From Planctomycetia bacterium (GTDB lineage Bacteria > Planctomycetota > Phycisphaerae > UBA1845 > Fen-1342): 64,000 bases of DNA. The notes under the pieces were generated by a model. It ran no database searches. It saw only the letters and a program-made list of their open reading frames with translations, and was not told where the DNA came from. Where the stretch lies: the NCBI GenBank assembly GCA_015709575.1, contig CP054190.1:1732616-1796615 (forward strand), given 5' to 3'. This document shows, one piece after another, positions 18,392 through 27,705 of this stretch. The stretch's first letter is position 1; the number at the start of each line of letters is the position of its first letter. Position numbers and translations under genes: made by a program.

Positions 18392-20862
18392 ATCTGGCAG
18401 CCGGACGTACGGGCCTCGTCGTCGTCACGCTGTGCGCGGCGACGTTCGTCCCGCTGACAGCGGTGGGCCAGCCGATCGATCCGATTGTTCCCGACCAGGT
18501 GATGCTGCGTCTGGCTCCCGCTTTTTCTGTCCAGCAGTTCAACGCCCAGCATGGCAGCACGACGCTGCGAAGCGTCGCCTCCCGGCACATCTATCTCGTG
18601 CAGACGCCGCCCGGGACGAACTCCGCCGCGTTTGAGTCGCTGGTGAGAAACGCGCCGGGCGTGGTCTGGGCGGAGGCGAACTATCTCGGCGATGCGCCGG
18701 AGGGCACCGCCCGGCAGTTCTATTTCAATCTTGCCGACGACCCCGGCGTGTTTCTGTCGCAGCCGGCGTTCGACCAGGTGAACCTGGCCGAAGCGCGGAT
18801 GACGGTCGGGGGCGCGGGCGTGATGGTCGCCGTGATCGACTCCGGCGTGGATGCTTTTCACCCGGCGCTGCAGGGACGGATCGCGCCCGGCGGATATGAC
18901 TTTCTGCTGCGGGCGCCGACGGCGCCGGACATCGGCGATGGCACAGACAGCGACGGTGACGGACTGGTGGATGAAATGGTGGGTCACGGAACGCACGTGG
19001 CGGCGCTGGTGGCCGCGGTAGCGCCGCAGGCGATGATCCTGCCGTTGCGCGTGCTGGACGGCGACGGCAACACCGACAATTTCACCGTCGGCGAGGCGAT
19101 GTTCTTTGCGATCGACGCCGGCGCGGACGTGATCAATCTCAGCCTAGGCTCGACGTACGAATCCAAGATCGTCGAAGACGCCGTGGCCGAAGCGCTCTCG
19201 CGCGGCGTGGTGCTGGTCGCTGCCAGCGGCAACAACAACGCCCTGCAGCAGGAGTTCCCCGCCGCGATCGGCGGCGTCATTTCGGTGGCGGCGGTGGACG
19301 GGCAGGACCACAAGACCTCGTTCAGCAACTTCGGAAATTCGATCGCGCTTACCGCGCCCGGCGTTGCGATTCGCTCGGCCATTCCGGCCGCCCAGTATGC
19401 CGATTGGGACGGCACCAGCATGGCGACGCCGCTGGTCTCCGGCGCCGCGGCGCTGATCCTGGAGCGAAACGCGCATTGGACCGCGAACGGTTTGCGGGCG
19501 GCACAGGTGCGCCTGATGCTGCAGCGCTCGGCCGCGAGCGTCGATGTCGAGAACCCCGGCTTCGACGGGCTGCTGGGAGCGGGTCGGCTCGACATCGGTG
19601 CGGCAGTCGCGGCGCAGGCGCTGTTTGAGACCGGCGCGACAATCCCGGTCGGCGTGGGTGTGAGCGCACTGACAGCGGCGGATGTGCTCGGTGACCGCCG
19701 CCTCGATCTCCTCGCGATTCGGCCGGCCGCGCCGCAACTGGCCGTGATGGCCGGACGGCTGATGGGCGGGTTTGATTCGCCGGTGTACTTCAACGCAGGG
19801 GCTGCGCCCGATGCGCTGCTGACTGCGGACCTCAACGGGGACGGTCGCGTTGATGTCGCGACGGTGAACAACAACAGCAACAGTGTCAGCGTATTGTTGA
19901 ACTCCGCTGCGGGGTTCCTGCCGCCGGTCGTGCTTTCGGTCGGGCAGGGGCCGGTCGCGGCGGAAGCGGCCGACATCGACGGCGACGGTGACCTCGACCT
20001 GGTCATCGCGCTGGAGGATGCCGCCCGCGTCGCGATCCTGCGGAACGACGGCGGCAACTTCGCTCTGCTCAACGCCGGCAACGCCGGGACGCGGCCGGTC
20101 GCGTTGGCCGTCGCCGATCTTTCGGGCGATTCATTGCCGGATGTTGTTGTGGCCGATCGGCGCGGCGACCGTGTGATGATGCTGAGAAACCTCGGCTCGG
20201 GCGTTTTCGCTGCGGCAGTGCCAATCGCCGTGGGAGCGGACCCGCGTGCGGTCGCCGCCGCCGACGTGGATGGCGACGGTCAGACGGATGTACTGGTCGG
20301 GTGCCAGGACGGCGATACGCTGCAGGTGCTGCGGAATGTCGGCGGCGTACTGTCGATCGCGGGCACGTGGCAGCTCCCGCTGGGGGCGGACCCCGAGCAG
20401 ATCCGAATCGCCGACGTGAATTGCAACGGCATTCCGGACGTGGTCCTGAGCGGACTGGACGGGGCGGCGCTGCTGATGGTGATTGAGAACAAGTCACGAC
20501 CGGGCGTGTTCACGCTCGGTTCGCCGAATATTCTCTCGTCGGGCGCGCTGATCTCGGGTTGGGCGACGGCCGATCTCGACACCGACGGTGATTCGGATTT
20601 CGCCGTGTCTGACGCGGTCTCCGGCACTGTGTCCGTGCTGAAAAACATGACCTGCACGCCCCGCGTGCTCGGTGATCTGAATTGCGACGGGCGGCTGGAC
20701 TACTTCGATATTGACCCGTTGGTCACTTCGCTCGTCAACCTCGATGCATACCTGGCCATCTATCCTGGCTGCGATCCGACCGTGGCGGACATCGACCTTG
20801 ACGGTGCGGTCACGCTGTTTGATATCGAGCCATTCCTCGATCTGCTGTTCGCCGGCATCTGA
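18388..20862 (+). CDS. Secreted subtilisin-like (S8) serine protease with FG-GAP/VCBS repeats and C-terminal dockerin-like module
   Basis: ATG 18388 overlaps the CHAT stop (ATGA). The signal peptide reads MNLAAGRTGLVVVTLCAATFVPLTAVG. The catalytic triad is VAVIDSGVD / GHGTHVAALV / GTSMATPLVSGAAAL. Repeats include DLNGDGRVDVATV, ADIDGDGDLDLVIA and ADVDGDGQTDVLVG. The tail is GDLNCDGRLDYFDIDPLV...DIDLDGAVTLFDIEPFL. Confidence 0.88.
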   Translation: MNLAAGRTGLVVVTLCAATFVPLTAVGQPIDPIVPDQVMLRLAPAFSVQQFNAQHGSTTLRSVASRHIYLVQTPPGTNSAAFESLVRNAPGVVWAEANYLGDAPEGTARQFYFNLADDPGVFLSQPAFDQVNLAEARMTVGGAGVMVAVIDSGVDAFHPALQGRIAPGGYDFLLRAPTAPDIGDGTDSDGDGLVDEMVGHGTHVAALVAAVAPQAMILPLRVLDGDGNTDNFTVGEAMFFAIDAGADVINLSLGSTYESKIVEDAVAEALSRGVVLVAASGNNNALQQEFPAAIGGVISVAAVDGQDHKTSFSNFGNSIALTAPGVAIRSAIPAAQYADWDGTSMATPLVSGAAALILERNAHWTANGLRAAQVRLMLQRSAASVDVENPGFDGLLGAGRLDIGAAVAAQALFETGATIPVGVGVSALTAADVLGDRRLDLLAIRPAAPQLAVMAGRLMGGFDSPVYFNAGAAPDALLTADLNGDGRVDVATVNNNSNSVSVLLNSAAGFLPPVVLSVGQGPVAAEAADIDGDGDLDLVIALEDAARVAILRNDGGNFALLNAGNAGTRPVALAVADLSGDSLPDVVVADRRGDRVMMLRNLGSGVFAAAVPIAVGADPRAVAAADVDGDGQTDVLVGCQDGDTLQVLRNVGGVLSIAGTWQLPLGADPEQIRIADVNCNGIPDVVLSGLDGAALLMVIENKSRPGVFTLGSPNILSSGALISGWATADLDTDGDSDFAVSDAVSGTVSVLKNMTCTPRVLGDLNCDGRLDYFDIDPLVTSLVNLDAYLAIYPGCDPTVADIDLDGAVTLFDIEPFLDLLFAGI

Positions 20863-21071
20863 CCGCCGGGGTGGTCACCGCCCCAACTTCCGCCGCGCAT
20901 TCCGCAGACTGCGGGCTGATTCCAGCGCCTCGGCGGTGGTGGTCTCCTCGCCCCACCCGCCCGGGCTCCCGCCGCGATCCCTAAGTTGAGTGCTGAGCAA
21001 CGGATACAGAACTTGCGGCTGCTCAGCCGGCCGGAAATGAACGATTTGATCGAATAATTGTAAAACTTGCG

Positions 21072-21100
21072 TTGACTGCGACAGTGCACGCTGATACAGT
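21072..21100 (+). promoter_or_regulatory. Sigma-70-like promoter candidate upstream of folE
   Basis: TTGACT (21072..21077), a 17-nt spacer, then TACAGT (21095..21100). It lies in a locally AT-richer intergenic stretch about 45 nt upstream of the folE start. Confidence 0.4.
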
Positions 21101-21143
21101 GAACGAGATGAACGATTTATACCGCGGACTTCCGGAGGTTCCC

Positions 21144-21869
21144 ATGACGCGGGTCGCAGCCATACCAGCGACTGATGCGAGCCGGCGAGCTGGTCAGCGC
21201 TTGGGCGGCAGCGGGCGGACATTGCGGCTGGGCGCTGCCGGACGTCGCAGCGGCACCTCGGATTTGGAGTGCCGCTCGGACGGTGCGACTGCGGCAAGGC
21301 GCGCCGTGGACCTGGGTCGCATCGAGGCTGCCGTTCGTGAAATCCTGATCGCGATCGGCGAGAACCCCGAGCGCGACGGCTTGATGGAGACGCCGCGCCG
21401 CGTGGCCCGGGCCTATCGCGACCTGTTTGGCGGGATGCGCGATGATGCCGCCCGCCACCTCTCCCGGACGTTCGAGCATCAATCGGACGAGCTGGTCGTC
21501 GTTCGCGGGATTCCGTTCAGCAGCATGTGTGAGCATCACATGCTCCCATTCATGGGTCAGGCGCACGTGGCGTACCTGCCCGGCGGCGGAAGAGTCGTCG
21601 GCCTGTCGAAGCTCGCGCGCACCGTGGATGTCTTCGCGCGTCGCCCGCAGATGCAGGAGCGCCTCTCGCAGCAGGTGGCCGACGCGCTGGAGCAGCACCT
21701 GTCCCCGCGCGGCGCATGTGTGGTCATGGAGGCGGAGCACCTCTGCATGCGGCTGCGCGGCGCGTGCAAGCCCGAGGCCGTGACGACGACGATGGCGGTG
21801 CGCGGTGTGTATCGGGAGGACATCGCGGCACGCGCGGAAGTGCTGCGGCTGATGCGAATTGGCGGTTGA
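21144..21869 (+). CDS. folE: GTP cyclohydrolase I (FolE type 1) with N-terminal extension
   Basis: [26 protein letters not shown]...[49 protein letters not shown] is canonical. ATG 21144 follows GGAGG at 5 nt. GTG 21306 is an alternative that would give a standard-length protein. Confidence 0.9.
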   Translation: MTRVAAIPATDASRRAGQRLGGSGRTLRLGAAGRRSGTSDLECRSDGATAARRAVDLGRIEAAVREILIAIGENPERDGLMETPRRVARAYRDLFGGMRDDAARHLSRTFEHQSDELVVVRGIPFSSMCEHHMLPFMGQAHVAYLPGGGRVVGLSKLARTVDVFARRPQMQERLSQQVADALEQHLSPRGACVVMEAEHLCMRLRGACKPEAVTTTMAVRGVYREDIAARAEVLRLMRIGG

Positions 21870-21910
21870 TATCCGGGGTGTGGCGTTTCGTAATGAACAG
21901 GAGAATTGGC

Positions 21911-22132
21911 ATGAAGTCGATCGATGTTCTTGCGGCGGTGTTGCTGGTGGTCGGCGGCCTGAACTGGGGATTTGTCGGAGTGGCGAACTTTGACCTGGTG
22001 GCTACGCTGTTCGGCGCTGGATCGTTCCTGGCGAAGGTCGTGTACACGCTGGTTGGGCTTTCCGCCGTGTATCAGGCGGCGTCGCTGAAGATGATTCAGC
22101 AGCGCTGGCGCGTGAACGCTGCCGCGGCGTAA
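21911..22132 (+). CDS. DUF378-family small membrane protein
   Basis: MKSIDVLAAVLLVVGGLNWGFVGVANFDLVATLFGAGSFLAKVVYTLVGLSAVY is the typical DUF378 two-helix pattern. AGGAG lies 7 nt upstream of ATG 21911. Confidence 0.75.
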   Translation: MKSIDVLAAVLLVVGGLNWGFVGVANFDLVATLFGAGSFLAKVVYTLVGLSAVYQAASLKMIQQRWRVNAAAA

Positions 22133-22406
22133 CGTGAAGTTGGGTCATCAGCGGCCGGCTGCCGTGCCGGTCGTGGTGCGATTGAGCAGGTCGCTGTTGG
22201 CCATGCCGTGTGATCGAGTGACTGTGTAGTACGGGGTTGCCCGCCGCGCTACGCGTCGTGCGCGGCGATAACAGGGGGCGCTCATTCGCTGGGAGTGGGC
22301 GCCCCCGACGTATCTGCGATGGCGCCTTGCATCGAGCGGCGTCGGGTCGTATTCAGATCATGCAATCGTCCGTTGGAATGGTCCTGCACGAATCAATGAG
22401 GTGGCG

Positions 22407-23024
22407 ATGAAACCGAATGTCGTGAGTCTCAGTCGCGCGATGATTGCAGGGGTGACTGTCGGCTGCCTGCTGCTGGTTTCCGGCTGCGGCTGGCAGGCAG
22501 CCGGCAATCTCCCGCCGCTGCGCACCGTGGAGCGCGTGGACGTGTCGCGCTACGCGGGCGTCTGGTACGAAATCGCCAAGTATCCGAACAGTTTTGAACG
22601 CGGTTGTCACGGCGTTACGGCCGAGTACACGCTGCGCGATAACGGCACCATTGGTGTGCGAAATCTCTGTCGCAGCGCCGACGGCAAGTCGGTGACGCGC
22701 TCGATCGACGGCTACGCGACCATCGCGGACAGGGCCTCGAACGCCAAGCTCACGGTGTACTTCTCGTGGCCCTTCGGAGCACCGTATTGGATCATCGATC
22801 TGGACGAGGAGTACACCTACGCCGTGGTCGGCGAGCCGAGCCGCCGGTTTCTGTGGATTCTCAGTCGAACACCGGTGATGGAACCAGCAGTCTACGACGG
22901 CATCCTCGCGCGGCTGGCCGAACAGGGGTATGACCCGTCGCGCCTCGAGCTCATGACGCAGTTTCCCGAGTCACACTCCGAACCAACCGGCCATCGCACC
23001 GCCGCACACGCGCTGGCGGAGTAG
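22407..23024 (+). CDS. blc: Bacterial lipocalin (outer-membrane lipoprotein Blc)
   Basis: Lipobox LLLVSGC, then VDVSRYAGVWYEIAKYPNSFERGC...YWIIDLDEEYTYAVVGEPSRRFLWILSRTP is the Blc signature. Confidence 0.88.
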   Translation: MKPNVVSLSRAMIAGVTVGCLLLVSGCGWQAAGNLPPLRTVERVDVSRYAGVWYEIAKYPNSFERGCHGVTAEYTLRDNGTIGVRNLCRSADGKSVTRSIDGYATIADRASNAKLTVYFSWPFGAPYWIIDLDEEYTYAVVGEPSRRFLWILSRTPVMEPAVYDGILARLAEQGYDPSRLELMTQFPESHSEPTGHRTAAHALAE

Positions 23025-23032
23025 GCGGCGTC

Positions 23033-24574
23033 GTGCCACCGCTGGTCCTGTTGACGGGCGCAACCGGCTACATCGGCGGGCGGCTTGTGCCCCGCCTGCT
23101 GGAGGCCGGTTATCGGGTTCGTTGCCTGGTCCGCAGCGCCGATAAGGCCCGTGCTCGCCCGTGGGCCGCTGACTCGCGTGTCGAGATCGTCGAGGCGGAC
23201 TTCCACGACGAGCGGGCGCTTCGAGCGGCGATGGGGAGCGGCGCGGTCGCAGCGTACTACCTGGTGCACTCGATGATGGCGGCCGGGCCGCGGTATCGGC
23301 AGCACGATCGGGAACTCGCCGGGACATTTGCCCGGGCGGTTGACGCGGCCGGGGTCGGTCGGATCATCTACCTGGGGGGATTGGGCGAGACCGGCGATGG
23401 CCTGAGTGAACACCTCGCCTCGCGCCGCGAGGTCGAATCGTCGCTCGCGTCAACGCCCGTGCCGGTCACAGTCCTCCGGGCGGCGATGATCATCGGATCG
23501 GGTTCGGCGTCGTTCGAGATTCTGCGATATCTCGTGGAGCGATTGCCGGTGATGGTGACGCCGCGCTGGGTGCATACGGAATGCCAGCCGATCGCCGTGC
23601 GCGACGTGCTGCGATACCTGGTCCAGTGCCTTTCCGTTCCGGACACCATCGGCCGAACGCTCGATATCGGCGGCCCGGACGTGCTGACCTACCGCGCGTT
23701 GATGGACGTGATGGCGAACTCGCTGCACCTTCGACCGCGCGTAATCGTGCCTGTTCCCATCCTCACACCGCACCTGAGTTCCCTGTGGATTCACCTCGTC
23801 ACGCCCATTAGCCACCGCATCGCCCGCCCGCTGGCCGAGGGATTGCGCAACCGGGTGGTGTGTCGGAATGAGGATGCCGTGCGCCTGATGCCCGGAGAGC
23901 GATTGACAGTCGCGGCCGCAATCAGTGCTGCTTTGGGCAGGCGACAGTCCGCCGACGTCGAGACGGCCTGGTCAGACGCCGGGCCGATGCCGGGCGATCC
24001 CGATTGGGCCGGCGGGCGAGTGTTCACAGATGTGCGATCCATTCGCGTATCAGCGCCGGCTGATGCAGTTTTTCGCGTCATCACGCGAATCGGCGGTGAC
24101 CATGGCTATTTCGGCTCGGATTGGCTGTGGCGCCTGCGCGGAGTGATGGACCGGCTCGCCGGTGGTCCGGGGTTGCGAAGGGGGCGGCGCGATCCGGAGC
24201 GGCTGGCATATGGCGAAGCGGTGGATTTCTGGCGCGTGACGGCGGTTGAGGCGAACCAGCGGCTGGAGCTGCGGGCTGAAATGCGATTGCCGGGCGAAGC
24301 GACGCTGACGTTCGAGGTTCTGGAACAACCTGCAACAGTGGACGCGAATGAAGCGCAGGCCGCGTCACGCGGGACCATTGTGCGTCAAACCGCGCGTTTC
24401 AAGCCGCGCGGACTCGCCGGCATCGCGTACTGGTACGCCGTGCTGCCGCTGCATGGGATCGTGTTTGACCGGATGCTGCGCGGGATAAGAGCCGTCGCCG
24501 AACGCGATATGGCGGAAAGCTGTTACCATGCGCGCGGGTCGCGAATCACAGAGACTGGAGCACGCGATGGATGA
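23033..24574 (+). CDS. NAD(P)-binding SDR/NmrA-like protein fused to a DUF2867-like C-terminal domain
   Basis: The N-terminal Rossmann motif reads LLTGATGYIGGRLVPRLLEAGYRVRCLVRS. The C-terminal ~170 aa (VFRVITRIGGDHGYFGSDWLWRLRG...) resemble DUF2867. Confidence 0.7.
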   Translation: MPPLVLLTGATGYIGGRLVPRLLEAGYRVRCLVRSADKARARPWAADSRVEIVEADFHDERALRAAMGSGAVAAYYLVHSMMAAGPRYRQHDRELAGTFARAVDAAGVGRIIYLGGLGETGDGLSEHLASRREVESSLASTPVPVTVLRAAMIIGSGSASFEILRYLVERLPVMVTPRWVHTECQPIAVRDVLRYLVQCLSVPDTIGRTLDIGGPDVLTYRALMDVMANSLHLRPRVIVPVPILTPHLSSLWIHLVTPISHRIARPLAEGLRNRVVCRNEDAVRLMPGERLTVAAAISAALGRRQSADVETAWSDAGPMPGDPDWAGGRVFTDVRSIRVSAPADAVFRVITRIGGDHGYFGSDWLWRLRGVMDRLAGGPGLRRGRRDPERLAYGEAVDFWRVTAVEANQRLELRAEMRLPGEATLTFEVLEQPATVDANEAQAASRGTIVRQTARFKPRGLAGIAYWYAVLPLHGIVFDRMLRGIRAVAERDMAESCYHARGSRITETGARDG

Positions 24575-24923
24575 CATCCGCAAGCTGGACGCTGAATTGA
24601 ACGCGATGGTGCAGGGCGGTCAGATTCTGCCCGCATTTGAGCGATTTTACGGCGACGACGTGGTCATGCAGGAGAATTCGGAGCCGCCGGTGAGCGGCAA
24701 GACGGCCAATCGCGCCCGCGAGCAGGCATTTGTGGACTCCGTGGCGGAAGTTCACGGGATTCACCTGCTGGCGACGGCGACGGCTGGGGACGTTGCGTTT
24801 GGCGAGTGGCTGCTGGATGTGACGTTCAAGGGTGGTGGGCGTGTGATAATGGCACAGGCGAGCGTCCGGCGCTGGAAGGACGGCAAGGTTGTCGCGGAGC
24901 GCTTTTACTACAACAAGGGATAA
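24567..24923 (+). CDS. SnoaL/NTF2-like small protein
   Basis: MDDIRKLDAELNAMVQGGQILPAFERFYGDDVVMQENSEPP...RRWKDGKVVAERFYYN. GGAG lies upstream of ATG 24567. It overlaps the previous gene by 8 nt. Confidence 0.6.
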   Translation: MDDIRKLDAELNAMVQGGQILPAFERFYGDDVVMQENSEPPVSGKTANRAREQAFVDSVAEVHGIHLLATATAGDVAFGEWLLDVTFKGGGRVIMAQASVRRWKDGKVVAERFYYNKG

Positions 24924-24961
24924 GCCGTCGGTGCGAGTGGGGCGCTTCGCGGAGAACAGGC

Positions 24962-26080
24962 ATGTCCGCCGAATGGCACGACGTGGGCGACGCAGAGTCG
25001 CTGAAGTGTACCCCGCTGCAGCAATTGTCGATCGGGCGCGTCAAGATCGCGCTGAGCTGCGTGAACGGGAAATTTGGCGCGGTCAGCGGCGTGTGCAATC
25101 ATGTCGCGGGGCCGTTGGGGGAGGGGCGGTTGGACGGCGATTACGTCGTCTGCCCGTGGCACAGCTGGAAGTTTCATCGTTGCACGGGGGTCGGCGAACC
25201 GGGCTATGAAGAGGACGCCGTTCCGCGCCACGACGTAAAGGTCGAGGGGGGACGGGTGTTTGTAAACCTCGCGCCGGCTTCCCCGCGGACGCGCAAGCCG
25301 CACGCCGCTCATCCGCTATCGCGGAGCACGGCGCGAGAAGCGGGACCGCTGCGGGTGGTGGGGATTTCGACGACGGTGATGGATGCTGCGAATCCGCGGG
25401 TCTCGACCTCGGAACTGCTGCTGGAGTACGCGCTGCAGCACGCCGCGGAGACGCGCGGCGCGCAGACGCGGATGATCCGGCTGAACGCTCTGAAGTTCCG
25501 CCATTGCGAGGGCTATTACAGCAAGAGCGCCCGCGCCTGCACGTGGCCCTGCTCGATCACGCAGATGGATCCGACGGATGAGCTGGATCGCGTCTATGAG
25601 GCGATCGTGCACTGGGCGGATGTTTTTCTCGTCGCAACGCCGATCCGCTGGGGCAGCGCCAGCTCGCTTTACTACAAGATGATCGAGCGGATGAACTGCA
25701 TTCAGAACCAGATCACCATTGCGAACAAGGTGCTGCTGCGGAACAAGGTGGCCGCGTTCATCATCACCGGCGGGCAGGACAACGTGCAGGCGGTGGCGGG
25801 TCAGATGCTCGGCTTCTTCGCGGAGCTGGGCTGCCACCTGCCGCCGTTTCCGTACATCGCGCACTCCCGCGGCTGGTCGGCCGAGGACATGGAGCGGAAC
25901 GTGCGGTCGGTGCGGGAGAGCAGCGAACTGCGTGACGGTGCGGCAGACCTGGTCTGCCGCGCGATGGACGTAGCCGGGGTGCTGATCAGCGCGGCGGAGG
26001 CGGCGGGTGCCGTGTCGAACGCGGGAACAACCCGCGGCGGGCGCAAGGCGCATCGGCTGGATGTGCTGGGGCAGGGGTGA
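24962..26080 (+). CDS. Fusion protein: N-terminal Rieske [2Fe-2S] domain + C-terminal flavodoxin-like NAD(P)H-dependent FMN reductase domain
   Basis: The Rieske motif is CNHVAGPLGEG...CPWHSWKF (C-x-H ... C-x2-H). Then LRVVGISTTVMDAANPRVSTSELLLEYAL...ADVFLVATPIRWGSASSLYYKMIERM...AAFIITGGQDN is FMN_red / iron-sulfur flavoprotein-like. ATG 24962 follows GGAG. Confidence 0.75.
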   Translation: MSAEWHDVGDAESLKCTPLQQLSIGRVKIALSCVNGKFGAVSGVCNHVAGPLGEGRLDGDYVVCPWHSWKFHRCTGVGEPGYEEDAVPRHDVKVEGGRVFVNLAPASPRTRKPHAAHPLSRSTAREAGPLRVVGISTTVMDAANPRVSTSELLLEYALQHAAETRGAQTRMIRLNALKFRHCEGYYSKSARACTWPCSITQMDPTDELDRVYEAIVHWADVFLVATPIRWGSASSLYYKMIERMNCIQNQITIANKVLLRNKVAAFIITGGQDNVQAVAGQMLGFFAELGCHLPPFPYIAHSRGWSAEDMERNVRSVRESSELRDGAADLVCRAMDVAGVLISAAEAAGAVSNAGTTRGGRKAHRLDVLGQG

Positions 26081-26108
26081 ACCGCCCCGACCCGGTTGTT
26101 CGAGAGTT

Positions 26109-26125
26109 GCGCAGTGCGACTGCGC
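26109..26125. terminator. Short GC hairpin between convergent genes
   Basis: GCGCAGT-gcg-ACTGCGC is a perfect 7-bp stem, 29 nt after the stop of the Rieske fusion gene. No U-tract follows, so it is only a weak terminator candidate. Confidence 0.25.
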
Positions 26126-26237
26126 TCCCGACGGTGGGTTGCGGCGTACCGTCGCGTGATGCACAGCGACCCATCTGTTCAACCCGCGGCGCGCTACGAC
26201 GTCGGTTGCGTAACCAATCGGGTTCGCGGCGGGCGAA

Positions 26238-27239
26238 CTACTTCGGCCGCACGGCCTCGATCTCCAGGCTGGTGATGTAGTCGCTGGGCCGCGTGCCAGG
26301 CGGCAGTGCGGCGATGATTCGCTGGTAGAGCGGATCCTCCCAGTGCGTCATCGCGTCGATGTAGTCCTTGTGCGGCGTCAGGCCGACCACGGTCAGCCCG
26401 GCTGCGGCGATGTCGCGGCGCGTGTCGTCCACCAGCGCAGCGCCAGACACGCAGCCGACCAGCGCCTCCACATCCGCGCGAACCGCCGCGGGCAGCGGTT
26501 GCAAGAGCGCCAGGTCTGATACGGCCACGCGCCCGCCCGGGCGCAGCACGCGAGCGATTTCGCGCCATACCCGCGACTTGTCGGGAGAGAGGTTGAGCAC
26601 GCAATTGGAGATGACCACGTCCACCGAAGCGTCCGCGACGGGCAGGTTTTCGATCTCGCCGAGACGGAACTCGACGTTCTCCAGTCCGGTGCGTTCGCGA
26701 TACGCGGCGATATTTCGGCGGGCACGCGCGATCATCTCGGCCGTCATGTCCACGCCGATCACCCGGCCGGTCGGTCCGACCTTCGCGCCGGTGATGAAGC
26801 AGTCGAAGCCGCCGCCCGCGCCGAGATCGAGGACGACCTCGCCCGGACGCAGGGCCGCGATGGCGGTCGGGTTGCCGCAGGAAAGCCCCATGTTGGCGGC
26901 CGCGGGAGCGGCTTCCAACTCCTGCTGGGAATAGCCGATCGCCGCGGCGAGCTGATCGGGTGAGAAAGTGCTTGGTCCGCAGCAGCCGCCGCCCGTCGGC
27001 GCCGGAGCGCAACAGCCGGCTTGGGACGGCGCTTGTTCCGAAGCGTGCGTCGATTCGGTGCGAGCGGCGTTCCATGTGCCGGCCTGTGCGATCTGAGCGT
27101 AGCCCTCGCGGACACGTTCGCGAACGGCGGTTGCGGACTCTTCCACCCCCGCTTGCCCACGTGTGATCGTGACGCGGTCAGTGGGGTGGTCGTTGCAGGC
27201 TCCGGCTGGGCAGCAGGGGGTTTGCTCATTCACATTCAT
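26238..27239 (-). CDS. arsM: Arsenite S-adenosylmethionine methyltransferase
   Basis: [12 protein letters not shown]..., Cys pairs in the N-terminus (CCPAGAC, GCCAP, GCCGP), SAM motif [14 protein letters not shown], and [16 protein letters not shown]...[12 protein letters not shown]. This is the typical ArsM/AS3MT layout. Confidence 0.85.
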   Translation of the reverse strand: MNVNEQTPCCPAGACNDHPTDRVTITRGQAGVEESATAVRERVREGYAQIAQAGTWNAARTESTHASEQAPSQAGCCAPAPTGGGCCGPSTFSPDQLAAAIGYSQQELEAAPAAANMGLSCGNPTAIAALRPGEVVLDLGAGGGFDCFITGAKVGPTGRVIGVDMTAEMIARARRNIAAYRERTGLENVEFRLGEIENLPVADASVDVVISNCVLNLSPDKSRVWREIARVLRPGGRVAVSDLALLQPLPAAVRADVEALVGCVSGAALVDDTRRDIAAAGLTVVGLTPHKDYIDAMTHWEDPLYQRIIAALPPGTRPSDYITSLEIEAVRPK

Positions 27240-27264
27240 GGTTGGCTCTCCATTGCATGGCGGA

Positions 27265-27705
27265 TCAGCAGGGCATCAGGGCCTCGGGCAGTGTCTCGAT
27301 GAACTGGCGAATTTCGTCCCGAACACGGCGATAGTGCACCATCGCGGCCTCCTCGGTCGGGGCGTCCCGGGCAAGCCGCGGCGGATCATCGAAGCCGACG
27401 TGCACGATCCGAGCGCCGGGGATGGCCGGACAGGACTCGTGGGCGGAATCGCAGACGGTGACAACGACATCGATCGGCGTACCGAGTTCTTCAGGGCGTT
27501 TGGACGTGTGCGAACGGATGTCCACTCCGACCTCGGCCATCGCACGGACGGCCAGCGGGTTGAGGCCGTGCGGGCTGGTGCCGGCGGAGTAGGCGGCGAT
27601 GCGGTCGCCGCGCAGGGCGCGCGCCCAACCTTCGGCCATCTGGCTTCGGCAGGAATTCCCGGTGCAGAGAAAGAGCACCCGCAGGCGGCCGTCGGCGTCA
27701 GGCAT
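27265..27705 (-). CDS. arsC: Arsenate reductase, low-molecular-weight phosphatase (thioredoxin-coupled) type
   Basis: MPDADGRLRVLFLCTGNSCRSQMAEGWARAL...VVTVCDSAHESCP contains the CX5R P-loop plus downstream Cys residues. ATG 27705 follows GGAGA at 6 nt. The longer track ORF (to 28164) is an out-of-frame read-through of arsR. Confidence 0.88.
   Translation of the reverse strand: MPDADGRLRVLFLCTGNSCRSQMAEGWARALRGDRIAAYSAGTSPHGLNPLAVRAMAEVGVDIRSHTSKRPEELGTPIDVVVTVCDSAHESCPAIPGARIVHVGFDDPPRLARDAPTEEAAMVHYRRVRDEIRQFIETLPEALMPC

Noticed and set aside
22242-22316. Two GC-rich hairpins (CGCCGCGC-N10-GCGCGGCG and GGGGGCGC-N27-GCGCCCCC) between the DUF378 gene and blc, considered as a riboswitch or terminator.
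   Set aside because: There is no U-tract and no conserved riboswitch core that I can recognise. Stems of this size arise readily in GC-rich intergenic DNA.
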